Source: Thermoproteota archaeon (GTDB taxonomy: Archaea > Korarchaeota > Korarchaeia > Korarchaeales > Korarchaeaceae). From it: 64,000 nucleotides of DNA. Where the stretch lies: assembly GCA_026986575.1 (NCBI GenBank), contig JALSOH010000004.1, positions 672,001 through 736,000 of the forward strand, in the 5' to 3' direction. A model generated the notes under the pieces. It did no database searches. It was given only the letters and a program-made list of their open reading frames with translations, and was not told the DNA's origin. Position numbers and translations under genes: made by a program. Numbering within the stretch: position 1 is the stretch's first letter; each line of letters starts with the position of its first letter. Shown piece by piece: positions 35,543 through 45,510 of the stretch.

Positions 35543-37249
35543 ATGAGTGGGAAAGACTGGATAATCGTGATAGTCCTCTTGATCGTGGGGCTCCTCATAG
35601 GGTATTTTGCCGCGGGCCCCGGTAAGACCACCACTGTCACCGTGACCCAGACCTCAGTCAAGACTGTCACCGTGACCCAGACTGCTGGCGCTCCTCCAGC
35701 TCCTCCTACCACGACGAAGACGACTACTACCCAGCCTAAGGCCCAGATGAAGACTCCTGCCGATACCCTGATTATAGCTATGGATACCAGCGATGCCGTC
35801 TCTATGGATCCAGCTAGAGCCTACGAGTTCAGCTCATGTTTCGTTGTTAATCAGCTTTACGATAAGCTTGTGGATTTCGAGCTTCCCGATCTGGTCAATG
35901 TCAAGCCCGAAGTCGCTGAAAAGTGGGAGGTAAGTGAGGACGGTAAGGTCTGGACCTTCCACATAAGGAAGGGGATCAAGTTCGCTAGCGGTAATCCCCT
36001 CACCGCTGACGATGTCGTGTACTCCCTCCAGAGAGTTATCAAGCTCAAGCAGACCGCTTCCTGGGTTCTCACCCAGTTCGTCTCCACTCCCGAGCAGATA
36101 GAGAAGATCGATGATTATACTGTTAGGATTACCTTGGACAAGCCTGTAGCTCCGAGCTTCTTCTTGGCTACCCTGACATTCACGACTTCCGCTGTCGTTG
36201 ATAAGCAGGTGGTCGAGGCTCATGCTAAGAACGGGGACATGGGAAGCGACTGGATGACTGACCACAGTGCTGGTAGTGGTCCATTCATCCTCGAGAAGTG
36301 GGATAGGGAGGCTGAAATAGTCCTCAAGGCCAACCCATACTACTGGAAGCCTGGCCAGCCAGCCGTGAAGAGGGTGATTATAAAGCATGTTCCCGAACCG
36401 ACCGATCAGCTCCTCCTGATAAAGAAGGGAGATGTTGACATAGCTACTGATCTGACCGCGGAGCAGGTCAAGCAGGTGGAAGGCACGCCCGGAATAAACG
36501 TAATAAAGGTTGAGAGGACTCACATAGTCTACCTAGGAATGAACGTTGCCGTGAAGCCGTTGGACAAGGAAGAGGTCAGGGATGCGATCAGGTACTGTAT
36601 AGACTATGACAGCATAATAAACGATATCCTGCTCGGGGCAGCGATAAAGTGGCAGACTGTCATCCCGAAGGGTCTGCTCGGAGCGAATCCGAAGACCCCC
36701 TACAAGAAGGATGTGGCCAAGGCCAAGGAACTCCTTGCCAAGGCAGGAGTGCCCAACGGGTTCACGATAGAGCTGACCACGCCGCCGACCTATCCTCAGA
36801 TAGACATAGCCACCAAGATACAGGCCGACTTGGCCGAGTGCGGCATCAAGGTGAAGATCGTGCAGATGACCCAGTCCGAGATGTATGAGAAGTACAGGAA
36901 GCAGGGTCTCCAGCTCGTGCTCGCGGGTTGGGGCTCCGACTATCCGGATCCGGACAACAACGCCAAGGCCTTCGGTGACTACAGGGTGAAACAGCTTGCT
37001 TGGAGGAACTCTTGGTACGATGACCACGCCGCCGACCTCGCCGAGAAGGCAGCCGTGGAATTCGATAACAACAAGAGGAAGCAGATGTATCTCGAGCTCA
37101 CTGACTACATACTCGACCACGGGCCCTATGCAATCCTCTACCAGACCCTCGCCCAGCACGTAGCGAGGGACTACGTGAAGAACTATCTGCCCGATCCGAC
37201 GTTCTTCCTCGAGGACCTCTCCAAGGTGTCAAAAGCTGGAGGGAGCTGA
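35543..37249 (+). CDS. dppA: Peptide ABC substrate-binding protein (family 5)
   Basis: MDPARAYE, KFASGNPLTADDVVYS, AGSGPF, GWGSDYPDPD. Confidence 0.9.
   Translation: MSGKDWIIVIVLLIVGLLIGYFAAGPGKTTTVTVTQTSVKTVTVTQTAGAPPAPPTTTKTTTTQPKAQMKTPADTLIIAMDTSDAVSMDPARAYEFSSCFVVNQLYDKLVDFELPDLVNVKPEVAEKWEVSEDGKVWTFHIRKGIKFASGNPLTADDVVYSLQRVIKLKQTASWVLTQFVSTPEQIEKIDDYTVRITLDKPVAPSFFLATLTFTTSAVVDKQVVEAHAKNGDMGSDWMTDHSAGSGPFILEKWDREAEIVLKANPYYWKPGQPAVKRVIIKHVPEPTDQLLLIKKGDVDIATDLTAEQVKQVEGTPGINVIKVERTHIVYLGMNVAVKPLDKEEVRDAIRYCIDYDSIINDILLGAAIKWQTVIPKGLLGANPKTPYKKDVAKAKELLAKAGVPNGFTIELTTPPTYPQIDIATKIQADLAECGIKVKIVQMTQSEMYEKYRKQGLQLVLAGWGSDYPDPDNNAKAFGDYRVKQLAWRNSWYDDHAADLAEKAAVEFDNNKRKQMYLELTDYILDHGPYAILYQTLAQHVARDYVKNYLPDPTFFLEDLSKVSKAGGS
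35633..35682 (+). repeat. 20-bp direct repeat (30-bp period) in the Thr-rich linker
   Basis: ACTGTCACCGTGACCCAGAC at 35633-35652 and 35663-35682. Confidence 0.8.
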
Positions 37250-37289
37250 GACTCCCCTCTATCCTTTTTCCTCTTCCGGGGGGTAGCTA

Positions 37290-38303
37290 TTGGACCTCAA
37301 GACATACATATTGAGGCGTCTGGCCCTAATGTTGTTCGTTCTATTCGGGATAATTGTGATTACGTTTATTGTGTCTCATGTGATTCCTGCTGATCCGATA
37401 GGAGCCATTCTAGGACCTCAAGCTCCTCCCGAACTGGTGGAGAAGGTTAGAAAGGAATGGGGTTTCGACAAGCCCCTACCTGAGCAGTTCGTTGACTACA
37501 TAGTCAACCTGCTCCAAGGGAACTTGGGTAAGTCCATAAGGACGAATAAACCGGTGGCAGAGGACCTCATGAAGTTCTTTCCAGCGACGATCGAGCTGGC
37601 AACGGCGGCTATGATAGTGGCGATAGTGATAGGGATACCCCTCGGTATAATCTCGGCCGTGAAGAAGGATAAGTGGCCCGACCACATCTCTAGGATATTC
37701 GCCCTCATGGGGGTCAGCATGCCCGTCTTCTGGCTTGGCCTCATCCTGCTCTTCGTCCTCTACTACCAGCTGGGGATATTCCCTGGTCCTGGTAGACTGG
37801 ATCCGGGAATAGAGGCTCCACCCAGAATAACTGGTATCCTAACACTGGACAGCCTGATTACCGGGAACTTCGAAGCTTTCGCGAATGCTGTGTGGCACCT
37901 TATGCTCCCCTCATTCGTCTTGGGCTACTACGCTTCCGCATCGATCACTAGGATCACTAGGACATCCCTGCTCGAGGTCATGACTCAGGACTTCATAAGG
38001 ACGGCTAGGGCCAAGGGTCTGTCTGAGAGAGTCGTGCTGTTCAGGCACGCCCTGAGAAACGCCCTCATACCCACCACCACTGTCATAGGGATGGCTTACG
38101 GAAGCCTGCTCGAGGGTGCTATACTCACGGAGACTATATTCGCCTGGCCTGGATTGGGCAGGTACTCAACTGGTGCGTTCCTGTCCGTGGACTTCTTGGC
38201 GGTGATGGGATCCACCTTGCTGATAGCGGTGATCTACTCCGTGGCCAATCTAGTCGTGGACATACTCTACGCGTTCCTCGATCCGAGGATAAGGTATGCT
38301 TGA
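37290..38303 (+). CDS. dppB: Peptide ABC permease
   Basis: GFDKPL, FPATIELA, TARAKGL, HALRNA, ETIFAWPGLG, DPRIRY. Confidence 0.92.
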   Translation: MDLKTYILRRLALMLFVLFGIIVITFIVSHVIPADPIGAILGPQAPPELVEKVRKEWGFDKPLPEQFVDYIVNLLQGNLGKSIRTNKPVAEDLMKFFPATIELATAAMIVAIVIGIPLGIISAVKKDKWPDHISRIFALMGVSMPVFWLGLILLFVLYYQLGIFPGPGRLDPGIEAPPRITGILTLDSLITGNFEAFANAVWHLMLPSFVLGYYASASITRITRTSLLEVMTQDFIRTARAKGLSERVVLFRHALRNALIPTTTVIGMAYGSLLEGAILTETIFAWPGLGRYSTGAFLSVDFLAVMGSTLLIAVIYSVANLVVDILYAFLDPRIRYA

Positions 38304-39199
38304 AGGGGATTTTCATGAATATCGGGGAGAAGGTAAGGGGACTGGTGGAGTATTTTAGATCCGAGGACTTCAAGATAACCCTTATACTAGTGAAGAAGAG
38401 CCCTCTCACGGTCTTGGGACTAGCTCTGACCATATTCTTGGTGCTGGTGGCGATATTCGCGCCTCTCATAGCACCCTATGATCCCATAAAGCAGGACCTC
38501 AAGAACAGGCTCCAGCCTCCCAGCTGGGAGCATCCCTTCGGGACCGATCAGCTCGGAAGGGATATATTCAGCAGGGTGGTCTGGGGATCTCGAATCTCCC
38601 TCTTCATAGCCCTCATAGTAGTCGCCATCTCATTCACCGTCGGAACCACGATAGGCATAATCTCGGGCTACTTCGGGGGAAAGGTCGATGAAGTCCTAAT
38701 GAGGATAACGGACATGTTTATGGCCTTTCCTAGGCTGGTACTCGCCCTGGCCGTGGCTGCTGCCTTAGGACCCGGGCTCTTCAATACCATGCTTGCTATA
38801 GCCTTCGTCTCTTGGGTCTACTACGCCAGGCTGGCTAGGGCCAGCACTCTACAGATAAGGGAGGAGGTGTACATAGAAGCGGCTAGGGCGATAGGGGCCA
38901 GCGACAGGAGGATACTCTTCCTTCATGTTCTCCCAATGGTCATTGCGCCGGTAGTAGTCCAAGCAACCTTGGACATGGGCGGGACCATCCTCACCGCAGC
39001 CGGCCTCGGTTTCCTTGGACTGGGTGTCCAGCCCCCAACCCCAGAGTGGGGAGTCATGGTCAGCGAGGGGAGGAGGTTCATAACGGAGCAGTGGTGGGTA
39101 TCCACATTCCCTGGCTTCGCGATACTCTTGGCAACGCTGGGTTTCAACCTACTGGGCGACGGGATAAACGATATACTCAACGTCAGGGCGAGGAGGTGA
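38300..39199 (+). CDS. dppC: Peptide ABC permease
   Basis: HPFGTDQLGRDIFSR, EAARAIGA, GFLGLGVQPPTPEWG. Confidence 0.92.
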   Translation: MKGIFMNIGEKVRGLVEYFRSEDFKITLILVKKSPLTVLGLALTIFLVLVAIFAPLIAPYDPIKQDLKNRLQPPSWEHPFGTDQLGRDIFSRVVWGSRISLFIALIVVAISFTVGTTIGIISGYFGGKVDEVLMRITDMFMAFPRLVLALAVAAALGPGLFNTMLAIAFVSWVYYARLARASTLQIREEVYIEAARAIGASDRRILFLHVLPMVIAPVVVQATLDMGGTILTAAGLGFLGLGVQPPTPEWGVMVSEGRRFITEQWWVSTFPGFAILLATLGFNLLGDGINDILNVRARR

Positions 39200-39203
39200 T
39201 TGA

Positions 39204-40193
39204 GTGAGCGGCAACGGGAATGGAGATAACCTCTTGGAGATCAGGGATCTGTACGTTCGATTCCACACCCTTAGGGGCATAGTCAAGGCCATAGATGGCG
39301 TCAACTTGGAGGTGGGATACGGCGAAGTTCTCGGCCTCGTGGGGGAGACTGGCAGCGGCAAGACGGTGACGGGGTTAAGTATACTCAGGCTGCTGGAGCA
39401 GAACGCCGAGATCACTGGAGGGGAGATAATATTTCAGGGAAGAGACCTTCTCAAGCTCCCTCTCAAGGAGATCCTGAAGATAAGAGGAAGGGACATTTCC
39501 ATGATCTTTCAGGAGCCGAAGGCCGCCCTGAACCCGGTCATGCAAGTGGGTGATCAGGTGGCTGAGTCCTTCTTGGTACACGAGGAGATTTCCAAGAAAG
39601 AAGCGAAGGAAAGGGTCCTAGAGATATTCAGGAGGGTGGGCCTCCCCGATCCCGAGAGGGTGTACAAGAGTTACCCCCACGAGCTCAGCGGGGGAATGGC
39701 TCAGAGGGTCGTGATATCTATGGCGCTCGCCCTGAAGCCGAAGCTGCTCATAGCAGATGAGCCCACCTCTGCCTTGGATGTGACCATACAGGCCCAGATA
39801 ATGGATCTCTTTCGCGAGCTGATAAATGAGATGGGAACCAGCGTCATCTACATAACCCACGACATGGCCCTAGCTGCGGAGATAAGTGACAGGATCGCGG
39901 TGATGTATGCTGGCAGGATAGTGGAGGTGGCCGATACTGAAACGATATTCGAGAACCCCCTACATCCCTACACCCAGGGGCTGCTGAAATCCATACCTAA
40001 ACCGGGATACAGGGGGAAGCTCTTCTCGATGGAAGGGGAGATACCTCCCCTGATAAATCCGCCCCCAGGCTGCAGGTTCCATCCCCGCTGCCCGAAGAGA
40101 TTCGATCCGTGCGACAAGGAAGTGCCCAAGCTGATGGAGGTAGAACCGGAGCATAAGGTGGCCTGCTTCCTGTTCGGAGGTGAGTCCAAATGA
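39204..40193 (+). CDS. dppD: Peptide ABC ATPase
   Basis: [32 protein letters not shown]. Confidence 0.93.
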   Translation: MSGNGNGDNLLEIRDLYVRFHTLRGIVKAIDGVNLEVGYGEVLGLVGETGSGKTVTGLSILRLLEQNAEITGGEIIFQGRDLLKLPLKEILKIRGRDISMIFQEPKAALNPVMQVGDQVAESFLVHEEISKKEAKERVLEIFRRVGLPDPERVYKSYPHELSGGMAQRVVISMALALKPKLLIADEPTSALDVTIQAQIMDLFRELINEMGTSVIYITHDMALAAEISDRIAVMYAGRIVEVADTETIFENPLHPYTQGLLKSIPKPGYRGKLFSMEGEIPPLINPPPGCRFHPRCPKRFDPCDKEVPKLMEVEPEHKVACFLFGGESK

Positions 40194-41185
40194 TGCTGGA
40201 GGTTCAGGATCTCAGGAAGTACTTCCCTGTCCGCGGTGGCGTGATGATGAGGGTGATCGGTCATGTGAAGGCGGTAGACGGGGTCTCCATATCCATAGAG
40301 AAGGGGGAGGTCTTCGGCCTAGTGGGTGAGTCCGGAAGCGGTAAGACGACCTTGGGCAGGACGGTCCTCAAGCTGACTGAGCCCACCGGTGGTAGGATAA
40401 TCTTCGATGGGAGGGACATAACCGATCTCTCGGGCAAGGAACTTATCCCCCTAAGGAGGGAGATGCAGATAGTCTTTCAGGACCCGTATAAGGCCCTGCA
40501 TCCGAGAAAGAGGGTGAAGGACATAGTTGGTGAACCTCTGATCATACATGAGGGAGCCAGCGATACGGAGGTGAGGAAGAGAGTAGCGGAGATGCTCAAG
40601 CTGGTGGGGCTGAATGTGGAGCACATGGACAGGTACCCGCACGAGTTCTCGGGAGGGCAGAGGCAGAGAATAGTCATAGCTAGGGCCCTGATCTTGAGGC
40701 CCAAGTTCATGGTGCTAGACGAACCTACCTCTGCCTTGGATGTGAGCGTTCAGGCTAAGATACTCAACCTGTTGAGCGATCTCAAGGAACAGTTTGACCT
40801 CACCTTCCTGCTGATAAGCCATAACTTAGCGGTGGTACAACACATGAGCAACAGGATCGGCGTGATGTACCTAGGGAAACTCATGGAGGTGGCTCCCTCC
40901 CAGGAACTCTTCGAGAAACCGCTTCATCCCTACACGAAGGCTCTGATATCAGCCATCCCAATACCCGACCCTAAGCTGGCCAAGAAGAAGAGGAAGATGA
41001 CCCTCAGGGGCGAAATTCCAAGCCCTCTGCATCCGCCCTCTGGCTGTAGGTTCCACACTAGGTGCCCGTTCGCCAAGGAGATCTGCGAGAGGGAGGAACC
41101 ACCTTTGAGGGAGGTGGAGCCGGGCCACTGGGTGGCGTGTCACTTCTGGGATGAGTTGAGGGAGGTGGGAGTGTTAAATGCCTGA
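40190..41185 (+). CDS. dppF: Peptide ABC ATPase
   Basis: [32 protein letters not shown]. Confidence 0.93.
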   Translation: MMLEVQDLRKYFPVRGGVMMRVIGHVKAVDGVSISIEKGEVFGLVGESGSGKTTLGRTVLKLTEPTGGRIIFDGRDITDLSGKELIPLRREMQIVFQDPYKALHPRKRVKDIVGEPLIIHEGASDTEVRKRVAEMLKLVGLNVEHMDRYPHEFSGGQRQRIVIARALILRPKFMVLDEPTSALDVSVQAKILNLLSDLKEQFDLTFLLISHNLAVVQHMSNRIGVMYLGKLMEVAPSQELFEKPLHPYTKALISAIPIPDPKLAKKKRKMTLRGEIPSPLHPPSGCRFHTRCPFAKEICEREEPPLREVEPGHWVACHFWDELREVGVLNA

Positions 41186-41330
41186 GGATGGGGATGAGGA
41201 GGTTGAGCTCGAATGGAAGGATTACCTAGCCTTCGTGATCGCCCTCTTAACCACAAATCTCCTCCCCCTCATCCTGATAGGGATCCTAATGGTGATCCTC
41301 TCGTACTTCATCGTTCAGCTCTTCGGCTGA
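41178..41330 (+). CDS. Small membrane protein (50 aa; not in ORF track)
   Basis: [50 protein letters not shown]; GGAGGTG site upstream; overlaps the dppF stop. Confidence 0.7.
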   Translation: MPEDGDEEVELEWKDYLAFVIALLTTNLLPLILIGILMVILSYFIVQLFG

Positions 41331-42600
41331 CCTCCTCCAACGACTTTTCGATTATGGAGAGGGCTTCCTCCACCTGCTCGGCCGTTATCGTTATCGGTGG
41401 CGTCAGTTTGATCACGTTGTTATGCCTGCCCACGGTTATGGCCAGCAGGCCGTTCCTGAAGAGGACATCCTTAAGCTCGGATGCTAACTTTTTCGAAGGC
41501 CCTCCATCCTCTATTATCTCGATTCCTTGCACGCATCCAATCCCCCGGGCATCGGCTACATGATCGTATCTGCTGACGAACTCTCTCAACCCCTTCATCA
41601 GCTCTTCTCCCCTTTTCAGGGCATTTTCCACGAGGTTTTCCTCCCTGATCGCCTCTATAGTCGCTAAGGCGGCCAAGACTCCCAAGTAATGGCCAGCATA
41701 GGTGCCGAGGCTGCCGCCGCTACATAGATACCACTCCTCCACGAGGTCGCCCCTGAAGGCAACCGCCGCTAGGGGAAGGCCACCCGCTATCCCCTTACCC
41801 ATGACCACGATGTCGGGCTCAACTCCGTGATGCTCTATCCCGAACCACTTGCCTGTCCTTCCAAAACCTGTGTAAACCTCGTCGACTATGAGGAGGGCGC
41901 CCGTGCTCTCCGTAATCTCCCTGAGACCCCTGAAGAAACTGGAGGATGGGAATAGTATGCCCCCATGAGACTGGAGTGGTTCCACTATGATGCCAGCTAA
42001 ATCCTCGGGCTCTACCGCCCTACCGAGGACTTCCTCTTCTATGAATCCAAGCACGGCTTGAGAGCACTCTTCGCAGTCATCAGCCTTCAGGAGACACCGG
42101 AAACAGTTTGGATAGGGCGCATATACGGCTTCAGAGGTCCTAGGCGCGACTCGCCTCATCCCTTCCGTTGGAGAGGACTGCAGGGCATATCCCGTGAGCC
42201 CGTGGTAGGCACCGTAAAAGGATAGGATGACCTGCCTTCCCGTGGCGAACTTGGCCAGTTGAATAGCGAAATCACTCGCCTCACTCCCCGTGGTGGCATA
42301 CGCTATAGAAGCATTCTCGACGGGAACGAGGGACCTGAGTTCCTCCCCAAGCTTCAAGAAAGGCTCATTCGGGGCAAGTAAACCAGAGAATCCCGTTAAC
42401 TTCTCCACCCCCTCTTTCACCCTCGACACTACTTTGGGGTGAGCCTGACCGAGGGAGGTAGCGGCACCGCTGAAATCCAAGAACCTCCTTCCATCCCTCG
42501 TCCATACTTCCGCTTTGAATCCTCTTTCAACTATGACCGGGAAGGAGGGAGGACACCTGAACACCCTCGGGTAGAAATCGTCCAGCATAGGGATATGCAA
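41308..42600 (-). CDS. Class III PLP-dependent enzyme (GABA-aminotransferase/amino-acid-racemase-like)
   Basis: DGRRFLDF, TGSEA, AYHG, DEVYTGFGRTG, GKGIAGGLP. Confidence 0.85.
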   Translation of the reverse strand: MHIPMLDDFYPRVFRCPPSFPVIVERGFKAEVWTRDGRRFLDFSGAATSLGQAHPKVVSRVKEGVEKLTGFSGLLAPNEPFLKLGEELRSLVPVENASIAYATTGSEASDFAIQLAKFATGRQVILSFYGAYHGLTGYALQSSPTEGMRRVAPRTSEAVYAPYPNCFRCLLKADDCEECSQAVLGFIEEEVLGRAVEPEDLAGIIVEPLQSHGGILFPSSSFFRGLREITESTGALLIVDEVYTGFGRTGKWFGIEHHGVEPDIVVMGKGIAGGLPLAAVAFRGDLVEEWYLCSGGSLGTYAGHYLGVLAALATIEAIREENLVENALKRGEELMKGLREFVSRYDHVADARGIGCVQGIEIIEDGGPSKKLASELKDVLFRNGLLAITVGRHNNVIKLTPPITITAEQVEEALSIIEKSLEEVSRRAER

Positions 42601-42630
42601 TCCGCAACTCCTAAAATACCTTGAAGGGAG

Positions 42631-43257
42631 TTAGCCCCCGGCCATGTAGATGGCCTCCTCAGCTATCTGGACCGCGTGGTCCGCCATCCTCTCGAGATAC
42701 CTGAGTATGAGTGTCATAGCTACGGCGCATGCCGGGACCTTCTCAACACCGGTCAGGACCCTTTCCCTCAGGTAGGAATCGTAGGCCCCGTCCACCTTGT
42801 CGTCCATCTCCATGACCCTCCTAGCCAGCTCCATATCCCTAGTCTCCACCGCCTTAAGGGCCTCCTTCACCATCGTCTCAGTTATCTCCGCCGGCTCAAC
42901 CACAAGCTGGATGTCACACTGACTCATGTCCCTGAACAGGACTAGAGTTTGGGCTATATTCCTAGCGTACCTGCCGAGCCTGACCAGCCCATAACTTATC
43001 TCCATGAGGGAAATGAGGGTCCTCAGATCCGACGCCATGGGCTGAAACCTGGCCAAGATCTCACTTATCTTGATTCTCAACTGTCCGTGGGTAAAGGACA
43101 GGATCTGAGCTCCCTTATCAACCTCCTCCAGGACGGTAGTGGGATCTGCTCTGCCTAGGAAGGCCTCAACGCACTTCTTGGTTAGTGAGAGGGATAACTC
43201 ACTCGACTTGACGACCTCGGAGAAGACCGATTTTATCTCAGCATCCAATAACGCCAT
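42631..43257 (-). CDS. phoU: PhoU-family phosphate uptake regulator
   Basis: ARFQPMASDLR, DDKVD, RYLERMADHA..IAE. Confidence 0.85.
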   Translation of the reverse strand: MALLDAEIKSVFSEVVKSSELSLSLTKKCVEAFLGRADPTTVLEEVDKGAQILSFTHGQLRIKISEILARFQPMASDLRTLISLMEISYGLVRLGRYARNIAQTLVLFRDMSQCDIQLVVEPAEITETMVKEALKAVETRDMELARRVMEMDDKVDGAYDSYLRERVLTGVEKVPACAVAMTLILRYLERMADHAVQIAEEAIYMAGG

Positions 43258-43329
43258 TTTCCATATCCCTTGGACGAAGTCACCCGCCCGATTTTATTAT
43301 GTTTCCGCATGCTCAGGTAGGGGATCGAG

Positions 43330-43665
43330 ATGAGCAAAGAGGGATCTCCCGGCTTGGTGTTCGTGGCCTTCATGTTCATAGGAATGGGCGCAGGTTATCT
43401 GCTCGGGAACACTGCTGCCGGACTCTTCATGGGGATGGGAGTGGGGTTTTTGGCCATGGCCTACCTCAAGCCTAGGGAGAAGGAGATAGACCTAAGGAAG
43501 GAGCCTTGGGGTTCGGTAGTACTTGCCTTGGTGGGCTTGGGCTTCATCTTGGGAGGGGCATCGCTGCTACTGGGCTTCGAGATACCATGGGATAAGTTGG
43601 GAGGGGTGTTCCTCATACTGATGGGATTGGCCTTCCTAGCAATGGCTCTTGGAAGGAGGAGCTAG
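43330..43665 (+). CDS. Small Gly-rich four-TM membrane protein
   Basis: FMFIGMGAG, GMGVGFL, two hydrophobic hairpins. Confidence 0.65.
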   Translation: MSKEGSPGLVFVAFMFIGMGAGYLLGNTAAGLFMGMGVGFLAMAYLKPREKEIDLRKEPWGSVVLALVGLGFILGGASLLLGFEIPWDKLGGVFLILMGLAFLAMALGRRS

Positions 43666-43667
43666 AG

Positions 43668-44831
43668 CTAGCCGAATATGGCCCTACCGAAGTTTTCCCT
43701 CTCCCTCAATAGCCTGTACCTGCCGCCCTCAAGGGCGACGACCGCTGGTAACGGTCTGAGATTGTACCTGCTGGCCATGGAGAACCCATAGGCCCCGACA
43801 TCGGCAATTACCAATAGATCCCCCTCCCTGACCCTCGGCAGGTCGTACTCGCCGAAGAAGTCTGCTGACTCGCAAACGGGCCCAGCGACAAGTACTCTCT
43901 CCTCAGAACCCTCGGACTCCACCAGAATCCTGTGCTTGGCTCCATAGAGTGCGGGCCTGAGGAGGTCGTTCATTCCAGCGTCCAGCAAAATCCACTTTCT
44001 CCCACCTACCTCCTTCACGTAGTTCACCCTGGCAACAAGATAGCCAGCGTCTCCAACTATGTACCTGCCGGATTCCACGAATATGTGAACCCCCAACTCC
44101 CTAGATGCCTCACACACGGTTTCAGCGTACTCTCCTATAGGGAACTCTCCCGACCTATCATAGGATATGCCCAAGCCACCTCCCAGGTCGAGCACCTCCA
44201 CCCCACCGAACTGCTCAATAAGGGATCGGAGCACATCCAACGCTTTGATAAAGGGCTCAACGCTCATTATCTGGCTCCCCACGTGTGTGTGAAAGCCCCT
44301 CGTATTCATCTCACTTCTCAAGGACCTGAGGAGTGAGAGGGCCCTTTCAGGGGGGAGACCGAACTTTGTTCCTGGTCCGGCCGTCACGAGGCTCGGATGG
44401 GCCCCAGCTCCCAGTCCGGGGTTCACCCTCACCATGACACTCGTTCCTCCCACATCTCTAAGGATTCTAGCCTCGGATTCACTCTCGAGTGAGACAGTAG
44501 CCCCGTAACTAGCCGCTTCCGCTAGGTCCTGCCTTGAAGGGCTCGGCCCCACGAGCACCACCTTCTCAGAGGGGACACCAGCCCACCTGGCGAGCATCAC
44601 CCCATAACCGGAGGGAACGGTGGCCCCAGAACCTAAGGAGGAGAGCATCCTGACGAGCTCCGGCTCATGATTAGCCTTGTATGCGTATGCAATTGTGTGG
44701 GGGCATTTCAGAGCATCATCTAACCTCAGAAAGTTCTCTCTAACCCTGTCCATGTCCAACAGGTAAATGGGAGTCCCGAACTCCTCCACCACATCGCTTA
44801 CATCGATACCGGCTATTCTCAAGGGCTTCAC
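43668..44831 (-). CDS. lysA: Diaminopimelate decarboxylase
   Basis: YAYKAN, HVGSQI, LGGG, ESGR, DAGMNDLLRPALY, GPVCESAD, GAYGFSMASRYN. Confidence 0.85.
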   Translation of the reverse strand: MKPLRIAGIDVSDVVEEFGTPIYLLDMDRVRENFLRLDDALKCPHTIAYAYKANHEPELVRMLSSLGSGATVPSGYGVMLARWAGVPSEKVVLVGPSPSRQDLAEAASYGATVSLESESEARILRDVGGTSVMVRVNPGLGAGAHPSLVTAGPGTKFGLPPERALSLLRSLRSEMNTRGFHTHVGSQIMSVEPFIKALDVLRSLIEQFGGVEVLDLGGGLGISYDRSGEFPIGEYAETVCEASRELGVHIFVESGRYIVGDAGYLVARVNYVKEVGGRKWILLDAGMNDLLRPALYGAKHRILVESEGSEERVLVAGPVCESADFFGEYDLPRVREGDLLVIADVGAYGFSMASRYNLRPLPAVVALEGGRYRLLRERENFGRAIFG

Positions 44832-44943
44832 CCTACGACACCGAAACGTACCTTTACCCTAATTATCCTGCTTCCATCGGTACGCCTCATCTACACCACT
44901 TCACCCTTTATATGTTGGTGGGGAGTTCCTCCTCGGTGGTCCA

Positions 44944-45510
44944 TTGAGACTTAACGTCAAGGTCATAGCACCAGTGATCATGGCCGCCATCATGCTTATT
45001 GGAGTGGTCAGCATGAGCTCCCCGCCCTCTCCCTTGGGGAGCGAGGAGTGGCCCCTCCCCCCAGCAGACATGCCTCTCGAGAACATAACCTCCAACATGA
45101 ACATCTCCAACTTCGTCTTCTTTGGAGGTCAGCCCGTAGCGAGCTTGGGAACGGGGTTGGATTTCCCGCTGGGGAGTACGGCCTTCTACTACGTTGGAGC
45201 TTACAAGAATAGTACCTTCGTGGCATTCGTCGTGGCCAAACTTCCCGATCCGCAGTACTCCGTTCAGTTTGGCGGAAGGGCCCTGAACTCCCTGAAGGAG
45301 AACCTCCCCGAGGAGGATGTGAGGTATCTGGTTACCAACGAGGGAGGCTTCCTGCAGTACCAAGGCACCAATCAGACCCTAGTGCTGTGGTACGGGCACT
45401 CTTGGTACTTCGAGATCATGGCGGGAAAGGGAGGGAACGTGGGAAAGGAAGCGGTTCAGGCGGTGAAGAGGGCCATCTACGAGGCAATACAGAGGGTTCA
45501 GAGGGCCTGA
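44944..45510 (+). CDS. Hypothetical exported/membrane-anchored protein
   Basis: TTG start after GGTGG; N-terminal hydrophobic helix; alpha/beta domain. Confidence 0.65.
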   Translation: MRLNVKVIAPVIMAAIMLIGVVSMSSPPSPLGSEEWPLPPADMPLENITSNMNISNFVFFGGQPVASLGTGLDFPLGSTAFYYVGAYKNSTFVAFVVAKLPDPQYSVQFGGRALNSLKENLPEEDVRYLVTNEGGFLQYQGTNQTLVLWYGHSWYFEIMAGKGGNVGKEAVQAVKRAIYEAIQRVQRA

